Shown one piece after another: positions 53,334 to 63,743 of a DNA stretch of 64,000 nucleotides. Below the pieces are notes generated by a model. That model did no database searches. It was not told the DNA's origin and saw nothing but the letters and a program-made list of their open reading frames with translations. Location: the IMG/VR virus record IMGVR_UViG_3300049460_000128, positions 1 to 64,000 of that record, one strand, 5' to 3'. Position 1 is the first letter of the stretch. Each line of letters begins with the position of its first letter. Position numbers and translations under genes: made by a program.

Positions 53334-54311
53334 TTACTGGTTCAGCGTGCGCTGTTTGATACGCGCCAGGATGTCCTGTGCGTTTGGCTTAGCGCCGTCA
53401 GCTGCTGGAGCCGAAGGAGCTGGTGCTGCTGGTGCTGCTGGAGCATTGTAGCTTGGTGGTACAAAGTGGCTCGAGACCGACTGTGCTGCTGGAGCCGCTG
53501 GGGCACCACCACCATCACCACGTGCGCCGTTTGCACGGTATACCGCGCCGTACGATGCGGTGTCGAATGGACGACCAGCCAGCGAGTCTTCGAACATCGC
53601 TTTGATCATTTCGATACCATCTTTGTCTGGACGGGTGCCCAGGAAAGATTTCAGATCGTACAGACCAAACTGATCAATTGCACCCAGTTCGTCAGCACTC
53701 AAAGCGCGGGTACGCATCGACCACGACGAAGTGCCGTAGTTGGCGTATTCGCCTTTCTTGATTTTTGCCAGTTTGAAGTCACGGCCACCAACGTAGTCGG
53801 TTGGCATGTCTTCCATTTCTGGGTTCATCAACGAGTTCTTGATGATTTCGTAGATCGATGGGTTGATCACGAAACGACGGATTGGATTTTCTGGAACGCT
53901 TGGCTCTTCGAACGGGCTAGCAACCACGAAACCTTGGAACAGGAACGACTTCTTCTTGTAGTAGGTACGTGCCAGGTCTTTCTTGCTGTCATCTTTCCAC
54001 CAAGGACGGATGTGAGCAGTGATCGGGCAAGCATCGCCGAACATGTCAACGCAAGGAACCTGAACTTCAACTGGACGGTCATCGCGACCAACAACGCCCT
54101 GGAAAGGCAGTTTGATGATCTGGCGTTCAACCCAGAAGAAAGTGTTGTCAGGATCTGCGTCAGGCAGGAAACGGATGGAAGCTGAAGTGTTCTCTGGAAT
54201 GTTCCAGAATGGGAAACTAGCGTTATCGCCACTGTAGGCGCCGGTAGTTTTGGTGTCGGTTTTTGCTGCTTGAGCGAGGAGTTTAGCTTGGATTTCTGCC
54301 AACGATGCCAT
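53334..54311 (-). CDS. single-stranded DNA-binding protein (gp32-like)
   Basis: IRFLPD, VPC..MFG..CPI, GRDFKL.K...YANY..S. Confidence 0.9.
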   Translation of the reverse strand: MASLAEIQAKLLAQAAKTDTKTTGAYSGDNASFPFWNIPENTSASIRFLPDADPDNTFFWVERQIIKLPFQGVVGRDDRPVEVQVPCVDMFGDACPITAHIRPWWKDDSKKDLARTYYKKKSFLFQGFVVASPFEEPSVPENPIRRFVINPSIYEIIKNSLMNPEMEDMPTDYVGGRDFKLAKIKKGEYANYGTSSWSMRTRALSADELGAIDQFGLYDLKSFLGTRPDKDGIEMIKAMFEDSLAGRPFDTASYGAVYRANGARGDGGGAPAAPAAQSVSSHFVPPSYNAPAAPAAPAPSAPAADGAKPNAQDILARIKQRTLNQ

Positions 54312-54385
54312 ATGAATTACCTTTTATTGTTATTTTTGTTTTGTTGTTTTTGTGTTTCAGTTTTTACTACAAGATCAAGTATATT

Positions 54386-54958
54386 TTAGTTTTCAGGTTT
54401 CGCAAAATAAAAACTACCATCTTCTCGATAAATTCTTTTCTTACCTGTTGTCGGACATTTCTGTCCTTGACGAGCCAAAGACAATGCATCTTTTTGCTCT
54501 TGAGTATATCGATATCCCTTATTGCTATGCTGCCCAATATGAGTTTGACGTAATTTCTTCTTTGTTTCTTCTGCCACTGGAGCGACCCGGTTATACTTGG
54601 ATCGATCCGCCTTTCTCATCTTCTCTTTTGTTTCTTCGGTATGCTTATGGCCACTAGTGCCTTCTCCGCCATCAGTCAAGTTTCTCAATGGACCCTTGCC
54701 AAGATCTTTTCTACCATATTGCGCAATCAACTCTTTTTCTTTCAAGAATGCCAACTCTTCAGTTAGGTCTTCCAGCAAGTACACAATGCCAGGTTCAAGT
54801 CCGTCTGCACGGATAGCTTTGATGGCACTTTGTTTTGAGTTGCATTCACGATTGGCTGATACAGTTAAATGATTCGTTGCTCGATGACCATGACCTTTCC
54901 CAATATAGAAAATTTCATTATCTTTGCGCGGATCAGTTAAAGCGTAGACGTAAAACAT
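54386..54958 (-). mobile_element. GIY-YIG homing endonuclease with NUMOD3 motifs
   Basis: FYVYAL.DPR...FYIGKG...R; NLTDGGEG; HTEETKEKM. Confidence 0.85.
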
Positions 54959-55254
54959 ACGTTACGATTGATAGTACCTTACGATACTAGATGATGAGAG
55001 AGTTTTCATAAAATTTGCCTATTATTTGTAGTTGTTTGCCAATTGAAGAATTTTCTTCTTCAAATCTATTTAGGAAACCGCATCATATTACATGTGCAGT
55101 TATCGTCTACTTGGCGTTGCAGTTGTCTTAACCACGAATCAATTCTATACAGTCACATCATCTTTCGCAAATTAAATTCTGATTCTTTTTAGATATTTCT
55201 GACACTCAAAAATATGGCCCGGGATCACCGAGCCATATTAAATTCACTACCGTA

Positions 55255-57864
55255 TTACTTGAGGCCAGCCAATGCCTTCATACGTTTGATGTAAGCCAGT
55301 TGCTGCTCTTCACCATTGCGGCCACCGACTTCAATCTCATCTTCCAGACTCTTCTGCTGATCGCGTGGAACTTTAACTACTTGTTCACTTTCTTCTACGC
55401 CAACATCGCCCATCTTGGCTACATGTACCTTGCCGTCATCATCAACGCCAATCACGCCCCAGCCACTATTCTCTTCCATGAAGGCATTTGCAGCAGCATC
55501 AGTATCGAACACGTAGGTGTTGAATACTTTACCCCAAGTCTTATAGGTGCCCTTGGTCAAACCACTACCGGCCGCATCAAAGTAGTCGGTGACGCGTTTA
55601 TCCAGGTAATCTGAAGCAGACAAGCCGTCGTCGCTTTCTTCCATCTGACGATCCTTCCATTGCTGGTATGGATCATGGCTAGAACCATGCAGATCATCAG
55701 CCCCTTCACCAGCATCTGCACAGCCTTGTTCCAACATGGCGCGTTGCTCTGATGTGATCGACTTGGTGATATCTTCGCCTGTGTCATCACGAGTAATCTT
55801 GGTGATATTCACCATAGCACCACTTGGTTCATCGCGGCCGCCATCGTGATATTCGTACGTGTATTCAACAGTAACATCAACATCGTCAGTCTCGTAGTCA
55901 GGATCGTCAACTGGCAGTTCCAATGTCGAATTGCGAACCTTAGCGTGTTCTGCTTCTTCCAACGGTTCTGCGTCATCTTCTGATTCCTTGATTGCCATAC
56001 CAACCTTAGCCAGTTCATTAAAGGCCAAACGGGCAATAGCTTCAATGTCGTCAGCCGTTTTGCCCAATTTGGCAATCATTTTGCTGACCCACTTTTCTAC
56101 AACCGCGTAGGTGAGGTTGGGCAAGCCCATGATCTCGTGAACAACTTTACGGGCAGCACGTTGATCGCTGATTGGTGCTTCTGCGGGACGCATATCTTCG
56201 TCCAATGATTCGTTGGCTTTGTTCCAGATATGACGATCAATTGCTGCTTGATCATTCTCTTCTTTGGCATAGGCCAGATAATCTTGGTAACATTCATCTT
56301 CAACAGTCACGAGATCTGCTGGATTGATTTGACCTTTGATGTCTTCGTTTGTGTCTTGGCGATTTACCGAACGAATAACTGCATAGCTGCCGTCATCGTC
56401 ACCATCAACATCATAGTGAACCACAACATCAATGTCGTCTTCCTCTGAAGTTGAAACCAGGGTCTTCAATTCGAATTGACCATTTTGATCACTCTCGACC
56501 ATTGGAGTATCACATTCAGCCATTTCACTTTCGTCGAAATGTGCGTGGAAGCATTGCGACGTAAGGTTGTATGAGTCAATGACACTCAATTGTTCTGGTT
56601 TGATGGTTTCACCAGTATCCAGACGCGTAACCTCAATCAGTTCGATTGGCGAGTCGTCGCCATTTTCCTGATAGGCATACGTCACTTCGACATTTACCGG
56701 GTGTCCTTCGATGTCCAGAACTGCCTGTGCTTTATCACGAGCCATATCGATAGTTGCTTCGCTACCTTCAGTCATGACGTCGCCATCTTCGCCAATCTCA
56801 CCATCAGCACCATCGGTACTTTCGATTTCTTCTGCTTCAGAGACGTCAGCATCACCAGCACTCATTACCGTAGTGGTGTTGCTTTCTGGTTCATGCTCAC
56901 AGTCATCTTGCGTTGCAGTTGGGAAGCCATACAGGTGTTCACGAGCACGTTTGAAATGTGCATTCATGATCTCACGGTGTTTACTTGATTCATTCATATT
57001 TTTATAATCCACAAATTTACCAATTGACTTCAGCTTTTCAACAAATACATGAACAATTGATTTTTGTTCTTCTTCTGTTTTATCACTGAAATTGGTTTTA
57101 ACTAAAGTTGTTGCACGATCGAGATTGATCGCACCATAATTCTTCATTCTGGCTATCAAGTATGAGGCGTCACGGTCAGCCTCAACATCGACCAACGGGC
57201 CCATAACAACAGGGTGTCGTTTGCGTTTGGCTTCAAGCTTCTGGTACTCAGTAGCTTCATCAACACCCATATTGTCGCCTCGAATATTACGACGAGCAAA
57301 TTGGTGAATCTGTTTGGCTAAAGCCAACTCTTCAGCATGTTTCCGTTGATGTTCGCCAGCTGACATACTAGACGCACGCTCATCGGCAGCGGCCAAAGCA
57401 TGTACGTCTGGGGTTTCATTAACTGGGGTACTGACAAACTTACCATCCAGTTTCAGGTATTTAACGAAACGCAACAGAGTATCGTGAATATCTGGGCGAC
57501 TTTTCTCGCCATCATACTTACGATGTACTAACTTGGTAGCACGGGACAGATTTATTGGCTGATACCTACGCATCTGATCACGCAAGTACAAAGCCGCTTC
57601 TTCATTGGCTTCAGCATGGATAGTTTCATCGTCCATAGCAGCCAATGACAGCTCATCCAACATGCTTTCATTCATCTTGCCTTCAGATGCTAGAATTTCA
57701 GATACACGTTTGGTCACATAGCCCAAATCCTGTGGGCGATGGCCCATCATAGACAAGACACGCATGATCATGCCTTTGACATTGTGAGGAGTGATATCCG
57801 GATATGCGCCGATCTTGTGGGCAATCAATTGTGCGACGTCGTCGTCGCTACCATAATCAATCAT
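55255..57864 (-). CDS. large acidic modular protein, probable internal head protein
   Basis: Repeated modules separated by xxE(S/G/A) motifs; ends KRMKALAGLK. Confidence 0.7.
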   Translation of the reverse strand: MIDYGSDDDVAQLIAHKIGAYPDITPHNVKGMIMRVLSMMGHRPQDLGYVTKRVSEILASEGKMNESMLDELSLAAMDDETIHAEANEEAALYLRDQMRRYQPINLSRATKLVHRKYDGEKSRPDIHDTLLRFVKYLKLDGKFVSTPVNETPDVHALAAADERASSMSAGEHQRKHAEELALAKQIHQFARRNIRGDNMGVDEATEYQKLEAKRKRHPVVMGPLVDVEADRDASYLIARMKNYGAINLDRATTLVKTNFSDKTEEEQKSIVHVFVEKLKSIGKFVDYKNMNESSKHREIMNAHFKRAREHLYGFPTATQDDCEHEPESNTTTVMSAGDADVSEAEEIESTDGADGEIGEDGDVMTEGSEATIDMARDKAQAVLDIEGHPVNVEVTYAYQENGDDSPIELIEVTRLDTGETIKPEQLSVIDSYNLTSQCFHAHFDESEMAECDTPMVESDQNGQFELKTLVSTSEEDDIDVVVHYDVDGDDDGSYAVIRSVNRQDTNEDIKGQINPADLVTVEDECYQDYLAYAKEENDQAAIDRHIWNKANESLDEDMRPAEAPISDQRAARKVVHEIMGLPNLTYAVVEKWVSKMIAKLGKTADDIEAIARLAFNELAKVGMAIKESEDDAEPLEEAEHAKVRNSTLELPVDDPDYETDDVDVTVEYTYEYHDGGRDEPSGAMVNITKITRDDTGEDITKSITSEQRAMLEQGCADAGEGADDLHGSSHDPYQQWKDRQMEESDDGLSASDYLDKRVTDYFDAAGSGLTKGTYKTWGKVFNTYVFDTDAAANAFMEENSGWGVIGVDDDGKVHVAKMGDVGVEESEQVVKVPRDQQKSLEDEIEVGGRNGEEQQLAYIKRMKALAGLK

Positions 57865-57926
57865 ATTAATTCCTTTGAATGGTACAAAAGCCGACTTAAC
57901 GGCCTTTGTACTCTTGTGCAGCTTAT

Positions 57927-60900
57927 TTACTTCTTGATGGCACGAACCGAATTTGGATCAATGTTTAGGCTAGAAGCTTCAAACCATTTTTCCTGACCTT
58001 CGGCTGTTGTAACCAAAGCCTTGGATTCATTGATGCTCTTGCAGAACAGCAATTCACTTTCACCCAGGAGCTTGAAGAATGTGCCAGCAGTCAATGCAAC
58101 AGACTCTTTGACCTTCTTGCTTGCAGCCAGTTCCTTCTTGGCTTTGTCCAACTCAGCCTTGATTTCGTGACGCGCAGTTGGGAAGTCATCGCAGTCAGCA
58201 TACTCTTTCTGGAGTCGTGCCACTTTGTCTTCCAGAGTTTCCTTGCCTTCAGACACTTGTTCGCGTTTCTGCTTGGAGCCTTCCTTGCGCTCTTTATCAG
58301 ACTTCTTCTTGTCTTCGGCATCATCATCCTTACCACGCTTGAATGTCTTGCCTTCAGAAACCATATCACCCAGTTCGGTGTGAACCAGAGCAGCCAAGTG
58401 TGGCACATCAGATTCTGCTTTGTCGACCATAGTCAGGTAACGAGTTACCATTGCTTTGATCTTTGGCATAGTCAGATCAGGAGTGCCCTTGATCTTGTCG
58501 GCGATCTTTTTGGCTGCAACTTCGTCGCTCATACCCATTGCAGCTTCATCGATTGGTTGCTTCTTGGCATCACGTTTCTTCTGGTCGTCTTTCTTCTTGG
58601 CTTTGACGTCCACTTCATCATCGTCATTGCGTTTGAAGCTTTTACCTTCTGATACGCCTGATTTGTACACGCTGCCTTTCTCGCCATCCCATTCACCGAT
58701 ACCCTTGGTCTCGCCGCGTTTGTATGGGTTAGGGCCAACCATAGCATTGCAAGTTTCTTTGTCACCATCAAACCACACAGCAGCGTCGGCTTTCTTTGCA
58801 GCAGCTTTCCAACCAGTATATGTGCCGTATTCGTTTTCGCCCATATGATTTTTAGCTTCAGAGACTTTCTCGCCCAATACTTTAGAGGTGAAGTCAACAC
58901 CCGCGTAACCATTCGCTGCCGAATTGTTCACAGCATTGTTGAGATTCTTGACCAAGGCTGCGATGTTTTTTGGATTCTGGTTGATCTTCGAGTTACCCTT
59001 CTCGTGTGAGTAGCTTGCGCCAACTTCCAACGTGTAGCTATAAGCCTTGAGCAATTCAGCGAGCGTGCCTTCTTGCTTGTAGGTACGATCGCCCTTTGTC
59101 TTAGTGACTTCGTAGCGAGTTTCCTTGCCTTCATTGATTTGAACACTTTCAGTCATGGCCATCAGATCTTTTTCACTGACTTGCAGAACGGTATACGGAC
59201 TGATATCGTTACGATACTTGATCTTGATATCAAATTTCGTTTTACATGGACCATCAACCACCGATCCCTCTTCAGAAAAAGCATACCATCCTGGTTCGGT
59301 TACCTGGTCAATCAGATCTTTCATTGCGCCTTCAGTCAATGACTTCTCAAAGCCAAAGCGGAATGCACCTTCAGTCATAGCTGGTTTGAACTCGAAGCTT
59401 GAACGCATTGTTTTCTTGTCTTCGCCATCGACATTCAGAACCCACTGATCTTTAGGATTAGTAGGCACCGTTACGACAGTTGCAGTCTTACCCTTGTACT
59501 TACCCGCAGTGGTAACAGTTACGGTGTCACCAGCCGTCGGCTCAGGGTCAAATGCTTCGTGAACTGGAGTGGCGTCATAGATTGCTTTCAATTCGCTTAC
59601 CAGTCGTTCTACGCGCTCTGGTGACAGCATGTCAACACAGTCGGCAATCGACTTTTCATTCTTTGGGTCAACGATATTCAGGCACGAGTTCAACACGCTA
59701 TTGAATTCATCGCGACTACCTGGTGCCACACTAGTGTTCATGTGTTCGATGTCGGCAATTTGTGTCGAGTAATCTTGTTTCGGACCATCGTATGGTTTTG
59801 TGAACATACTTGGGCGCAGATCCTCGTCTACTTCTTCGCCTTTATCACGTTGACGCGCTTCTGCGGCAGCTTTGTCAGCTTTCCACTTGATATCTTTTGC
59901 GCGCTTCTTCTCATCAGCAGTGCGATCGATATTACTGGAAGCCAGACGGCTTACCTCATTGTAGGCACGCGAACCCACACGCAGCGCACCTTCATCCATT
60001 ACTGGGTCTTCCGTGCCAGTGATCACGAAACGTTCGTCATTTTCATGGTCAGCAATCCAGTCGTCACGGGCGGCTTCGTCATCGAATTTCTTCTTGAATT
60101 TGCCATTAATACCCATTGTACCAAATACGATCCACTTGTCTTGTGCCACTGGTGGAGCCATGTCTTCCATTGCCATTTCTGGTTCTGCTACATTGACCGA
60201 CATCAGTTGCGGGGCATCGAAATTACGACGTGAGATCTGGAATGGTTTACCAGCCAGCATCACAACATATACGCCGTCAGGATCAGTTGGCACCTTTGCA
60301 ATGACTGCACTCTTACCAAAGTGATCACCACGAGCTGTGATCGTTACCGTGTCACCATCTTCCAGTTTGCCCTGGAATGTTTCTTCAACTGCTTCTTCGC
60401 CAGTATCGCCACTCATGTCGTCGTCTTCGGCAACCGGCTTGCCACCAAACATGTTATCTGGGTCGAACGATTCCAGCCAATTATCAAACTGCTTGATTGC
60501 TGGGTGATTTGAGCACTCGCCCAACGAATGACCTGGCACCTTGAAGCGTACGGTTGCTTCTTCCATATCGTCCATATCTTCGCCCATAACTGCCGAGCCA
60601 ACTTCAGCATCGAGTTCAGTATCCAGCTCGTAGCACCACATACCAAACTCATGGTTAAGCTGTGCTTCTACGGTTGGATCGATTGCTTCGCCGCCGCCGA
60701 AGTGTGGGAAGAAGAAGACCACATAACCCTTCAGGTCGACGCCTTCGATGGTCAATGCTTGGTTGTTTTCAACAAAGTCACTCATGATGCGATCAGTCAA
60801 TTCTGCTGGAGGCATTGCACGAACCAGTGGCGCATCTTCTGGGATTTCAGCTTTGTACATTGGAGTAACATCTTCAGCCAGATCCATACCGTCGCCTTCA

Positions 60901-62030
60901 TCTTCCGACAATGGTTGAGTCAGAGCTTCCAGAGTTACCACGCGGGCAACAGTCGCGATTGCATCTGCATTTACACCTTCGCCCAGCATTTCAGTAACAC
61001 GAGCGACGCGCTCATTGATAGCATCAACATCTTCGCTCAGTTGTTCGCCAGTAACCAAACGGGCTGCTTCTTTCATGTAAGTTTCTACCACATACAGACG
61101 ATCGAACGAACGTTTGAAGCCGTGCATGGATTCAAAAATAGACTTACGCAGTGCCAACACTTGAGTAACTGCTTCTGATACTGGTTGTTCAACTTCACTT
61201 GATGCATGAACTTCAGCATCGTTTTCATCGCACCATTTATTCATGGCCTCTGAGTTCTTGAAGATCTTACGCCATGGTTTGCTGGTGAGACCTTTTACGC
61301 CGTATGCTTCGATTTTTGGTTCTTTCTTCTTTGCTGCTTCCGCGATACCAGGCATCACATTAATGTGACCGGTAACTTGGGCCAGATCGCTGAAGTCACG
61401 GGCCATACGAATGATTTGCGAACCAACTTCATCCGCAAAAGTACCGCCGTTGCTAACGTGTTGAGTCATAGCACGAGCACCGCTCAGCATGTTGACTGGG
61501 AAACGCAGACGTTCACCTTCTTGATTCTCAACGAAAATAGCTTGAATGTGACGACCACGGTCACCAATCACTCGCTCATTTACACGCGCACTGTGGCGCA
61601 CGATCATACGGGCATTTTCCAGCTTGAGGTAAGAGCTCTTGCTTGTGCCGTACAGACCTTCCATAATATTCATGTGATTCTCCTGTTGTTCTTCGATTGT
61701 TGCTTGCATGGCAAAATCTTTTGGTTTGATTTCCTTGTTATATTTCTTCACATGAAACAACAAGTTTGATTGCACGGAAATTGTGCGCAGCGTATCCAAC
61801 AAGCCCTCAACTTGTGAGAGGTTGAATGACGGGCTAAGGTAAAATTTCAATGCACTATTATCGCCATCTTCCACAATTGATACCAAGAGATTATCGCCAA
61901 TCACATACATGCGGCGCGCATCTCCCGGCTCAAACACTCGTGTGCCATTCTCGTCGTAAAGGACGATTTCCTTTTCATACGAACGGAGGATCTGGAAGAT
62001 TTCGGTACTGAAGGCGTTAAAGTCGATCAT
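57927..62030 (-). CDS. very large modular virion/head protein
   Basis: N-term GTSKSSY...IFVEN.EGER.RFP...GARAM.QH; TAAATA upstream; repeated modules. Confidence 0.75.
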   Translation of the reverse strand: MIDFNAFSTEIFQILRSYEKEIVLYDENGTRVFEPGDARRMYVIGDNLLVSIVEDGDNSALKFYLSPSFNLSQVEGLLDTLRTISVQSNLLFHVKKYNKEIKPKDFAMQATIEEQQENHMNIMEGLYGTSKSSYLKLENARMIVRHSARVNERVIGDRGRHIQAIFVENQEGERLRFPVNMLSGARAMTQHVSNGGTFADEVGSQIIRMARDFSDLAQVTGHINVMPGIAEAAKKKEPKIEAYGVKGLTSKPWRKIFKNSEAMNKWCDENDAEVHASSEVEQPVSEAVTQVLALRKSIFESMHGFKRSFDRLYVVETYMKEAARLVTGEQLSEDVDAINERVARVTEMLGEGVNADAIATVARVVTLEALTQPLSEDEGDGMDLAEDVTPMYKAEIPEDAPLVRAMPPAELTDRIMSDFVENNQALTIEGVDLKGYVVFFFPHFGGGEAIDPTVEAQLNHEFGMWCYELDTELDAEVGSAVMGEDMDDMEEATVRFKVPGHSLGECSNHPAIKQFDNWLESFDPDNMFGGKPVAEDDDMSGDTGEEAVEETFQGKLEDGDTVTITARGDHFGKSAVIAKVPTDPDGVYVVMLAGKPFQISRRNFDAPQLMSVNVAEPEMAMEDMAPPVAQDKWIVFGTMGINGKFKKKFDDEAARDDWIADHENDERFVITGTEDPVMDEGALRVGSRAYNEVSRLASSNIDRTADEKKRAKDIKWKADKAAAEARQRDKGEEVDEDLRPSMFTKPYDGPKQDYSTQIADIEHMNTSVAPGSRDEFNSVLNSCLNIVDPKNEKSIADCVDMLSPERVERLVSELKAIYDATPVHEAFDPEPTAGDTVTVTTAGKYKGKTATVVTVPTNPKDQWVLNVDGEDKKTMRSSFEFKPAMTEGAFRFGFEKSLTEGAMKDLIDQVTEPGWYAFSEEGSVVDGPCKTKFDIKIKYRNDISPYTVLQVSEKDLMAMTESVQINEGKETRYEVTKTKGDRTYKQEGTLAELLKAYSYTLEVGASYSHEKGNSKINQNPKNIAALVKNLNNAVNNSAANGYAGVDFTSKVLGEKVSEAKNHMGENEYGTYTGWKAAAKKADAAVWFDGDKETCNAMVGPNPYKRGETKGIGEWDGEKGSVYKSGVSEGKSFKRNDDDEVDVKAKKKDDQKKRDAKKQPIDEAAMGMSDEVAAKKIADKIKGTPDLTMPKIKAMVTRYLTMVDKAESDVPHLAALVHTELGDMVSEGKTFKRGKDDDAEDKKKSDKERKEGSKQKREQVSEGKETLEDKVARLQKEYADCDDFPTARHEIKAELDKAKKELAASKKVKESVALTAGTFFKLLGESELLFCKSINESKALVTTAEGQEKWFEASSLNIDPNSVRAIKK

Positions 62031-62058
62031 TGCTATCCTGGGAAATAATAATATGTTT

Positions 62059-62066
62059 TATTTATC
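62059..62066 (-). promoter_or_regulatory. late-promoter-like TAAATA motif (example of a recurring motif)
   Basis: TAAATA also precedes genes at ~5600, 9045, 27790, 29733, 30232, 30719, 34431, 37816, 63742; resembles T4 TATAAATA. Confidence 0.6.
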
Positions 62067-62091
62067 AATTGAACTGGTAGTTCTACGGATT

Positions 62092-63675
62092 TCACATAAT
62101 TGCAAGAGGCATTGAGTCATCATCTTCTGGACTGACAATCTCTTTCAAGCTTTCGCTGTAATCTTCGTTAAGCCAACCAATAATAGCATCAAGAATACGT
62201 ACCACCAATAAGGTGGCTGAAATCAAATCATCATGTTCGCCACTCTTAGCCGCATAGCTGGCGCCGCTACTTACGAAGTTCTTGAATTGACGAATCAGTG
62301 ATTGACTGTTGACTTGCATACGGCCACTTTCCATCAATGATTTCAGCTTACTGCATGCACTCAGTTTCTTCGCATTGCTGGTGTTCAGACCCTTGCGGAA
62401 ACGACCACGACCCTGTCCAGCCACACGTTTTTCACTCACAAAGATACCTGGGAAGTTATGCTCACCCGTATCTTCAATGATTTGCAGTACAGCTTCGCCG
62501 ATACTGTTGTTTTCAACAGTCCAGAATATCTCAGGCTCTCCTTGTTGTTCTGGATTCTCCAGCAGACTTTGATTCAACATCAACAAGGTTTGCATGAGAA
62601 TTTTGATCTGCCCTCGTGGTGGAGTTTTGTTGTGCTGCCACTCAGCAACTTGAATCATTTCAGGTACTTGAAATACCTGAATAGCCGCATAGTCACCACC
62701 TGTACCCAAACATGGATCCAATCCCAACAGGAAGGTCTTATTTGGTTCAGGCTCGCAGAACCAACGTACTTGACCGGTATAGAATTCTGGTTCGCTGTAA
62801 CGCAGTTGCACCAATGTCAGAGCATCAATTAAGGTCTCGTCATCTGATACGAATTCGCATTCAAATTCCTGTTGGAATCGTGCGGCACCCAAACTGGCGC
62901 GGAATGGTGCAGCCCATGCTTCATCTCGATCTGGGTGACGATCCCACTTGACCTTGATAGGAAAGAAACCATTTGCACCTTCGCCATTTGGCAGCTGATT
63001 ACCAAATTCGTCAGTATTTTGATTTGCTCCACGCCAGATCTTAGCAAATTGGTCTTCGTCATTCTTTGGCGTTGATGTGATAATGCAGCCACCACCAGTA
63101 GCCAGAACAGGCTGAATAGCAGTCCAGAATTCGTTTGCCATACTTGGACGCACGAATGCAAACTCGTCGCAGTACAGAAGGGTAATGGACAGACCACGAC
63201 CAGCATCGGCGGTGGTTGCACGCGCAGTAATGGCCGAACCATTGTCGAATGAGATGGTACCTTTGTTGTACTCCATCACACCAGCTCGTAAATGGTTTGG
63301 GCATTCCTCGTAGCCGTATCGAATACGGTCCATAATCTCCATAGCCTGATTGAACTTATTAGCAGCAATCAGAATCTTGGTGTCTGGGACAAACATTGCA
63401 CGCCACAGCAGATATGCAGCAGCCACGGTAGTTTTACCCATTTGTCGTCCAGTCAATGATACACAGAAGCGATGATTGTGGTACGCTTCAATCATCTCGT
63501 GCTGGAATGGATACAACACGAGTGGAATAGAGCCCTTGATTGGGTGCTGAACTTTCAGGAAATTCTCGATGAAATAAAGTGGATCATCCAGGCATTTTTC
63601 CAGTTCTTCTCGTTGTGTTTTGGTGAAAGGAACCTTACTGTGTCCTTTCTTGGTGAGTTGATACTCGTTAGCCAT
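62092..63675 (-). CDS. terminase large subunit (T4 gp17-like)
   Basis: LYPFQ, GRQMGKTT, YCDEFAF, ITSTP, FQQEFEC, GLDP..G.GGD, HDDL. Confidence 0.95.
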   Translation of the reverse strand: MANEYQLTKKGHSKVPFTKTQREELEKCLDDPLYFIENFLKVQHPIKGSIPLVLYPFQHEMIEAYHNHRFCVSLTGRQMGKTTVAAAYLLWRAMFVPDTKILIAANKFNQAMEIMDRIRYGYEECPNHLRAGVMEYNKGTISFDNGSAITARATTADAGRGLSITLLYCDEFAFVRPSMANEFWTAIQPVLATGGGCIITSTPKNDEDQFAKIWRGANQNTDEFGNQLPNGEGANGFFPIKVKWDRHPDRDEAWAAPFRASLGAARFQQEFECEFVSDDETLIDALTLVQLRYSEPEFYTGQVRWFCEPEPNKTFLLGLDPCLGTGGDYAAIQVFQVPEMIQVAEWQHNKTPPRGQIKILMQTLLMLNQSLLENPEQQGEPEIFWTVENNSIGEAVLQIIEDTGEHNFPGIFVSEKRVAGQGRGRFRKGLNTSNAKKLSACSKLKSLMESGRMQVNSQSLIRQFKNFVSSGASYAAKSGEHDDLISATLLVVRILDAIIGWLNEDYSESLKEIVSPEDDDSMPLAIM

Positions 63676-63743
63676 AAAGCCTCACAAATCAATAGTCGTT
63701 AAAAAAGGCATCATGGATGCCTTTTCATATGGTTGACTTGTAT

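Noticed and set aside
53283-54185. Long antisense ORFs (e.g. 53283-54185, 23466-24353, 52527-53243)
   Set aside because: They mirror well-supported minus-strand genes and are explained by codon bias.
62092-63675. Intein or intron in terminase, helicase, UvsX or NrdA
   Set aside because: Lengths are normal, motifs are continuous and no splice motifs were seen.
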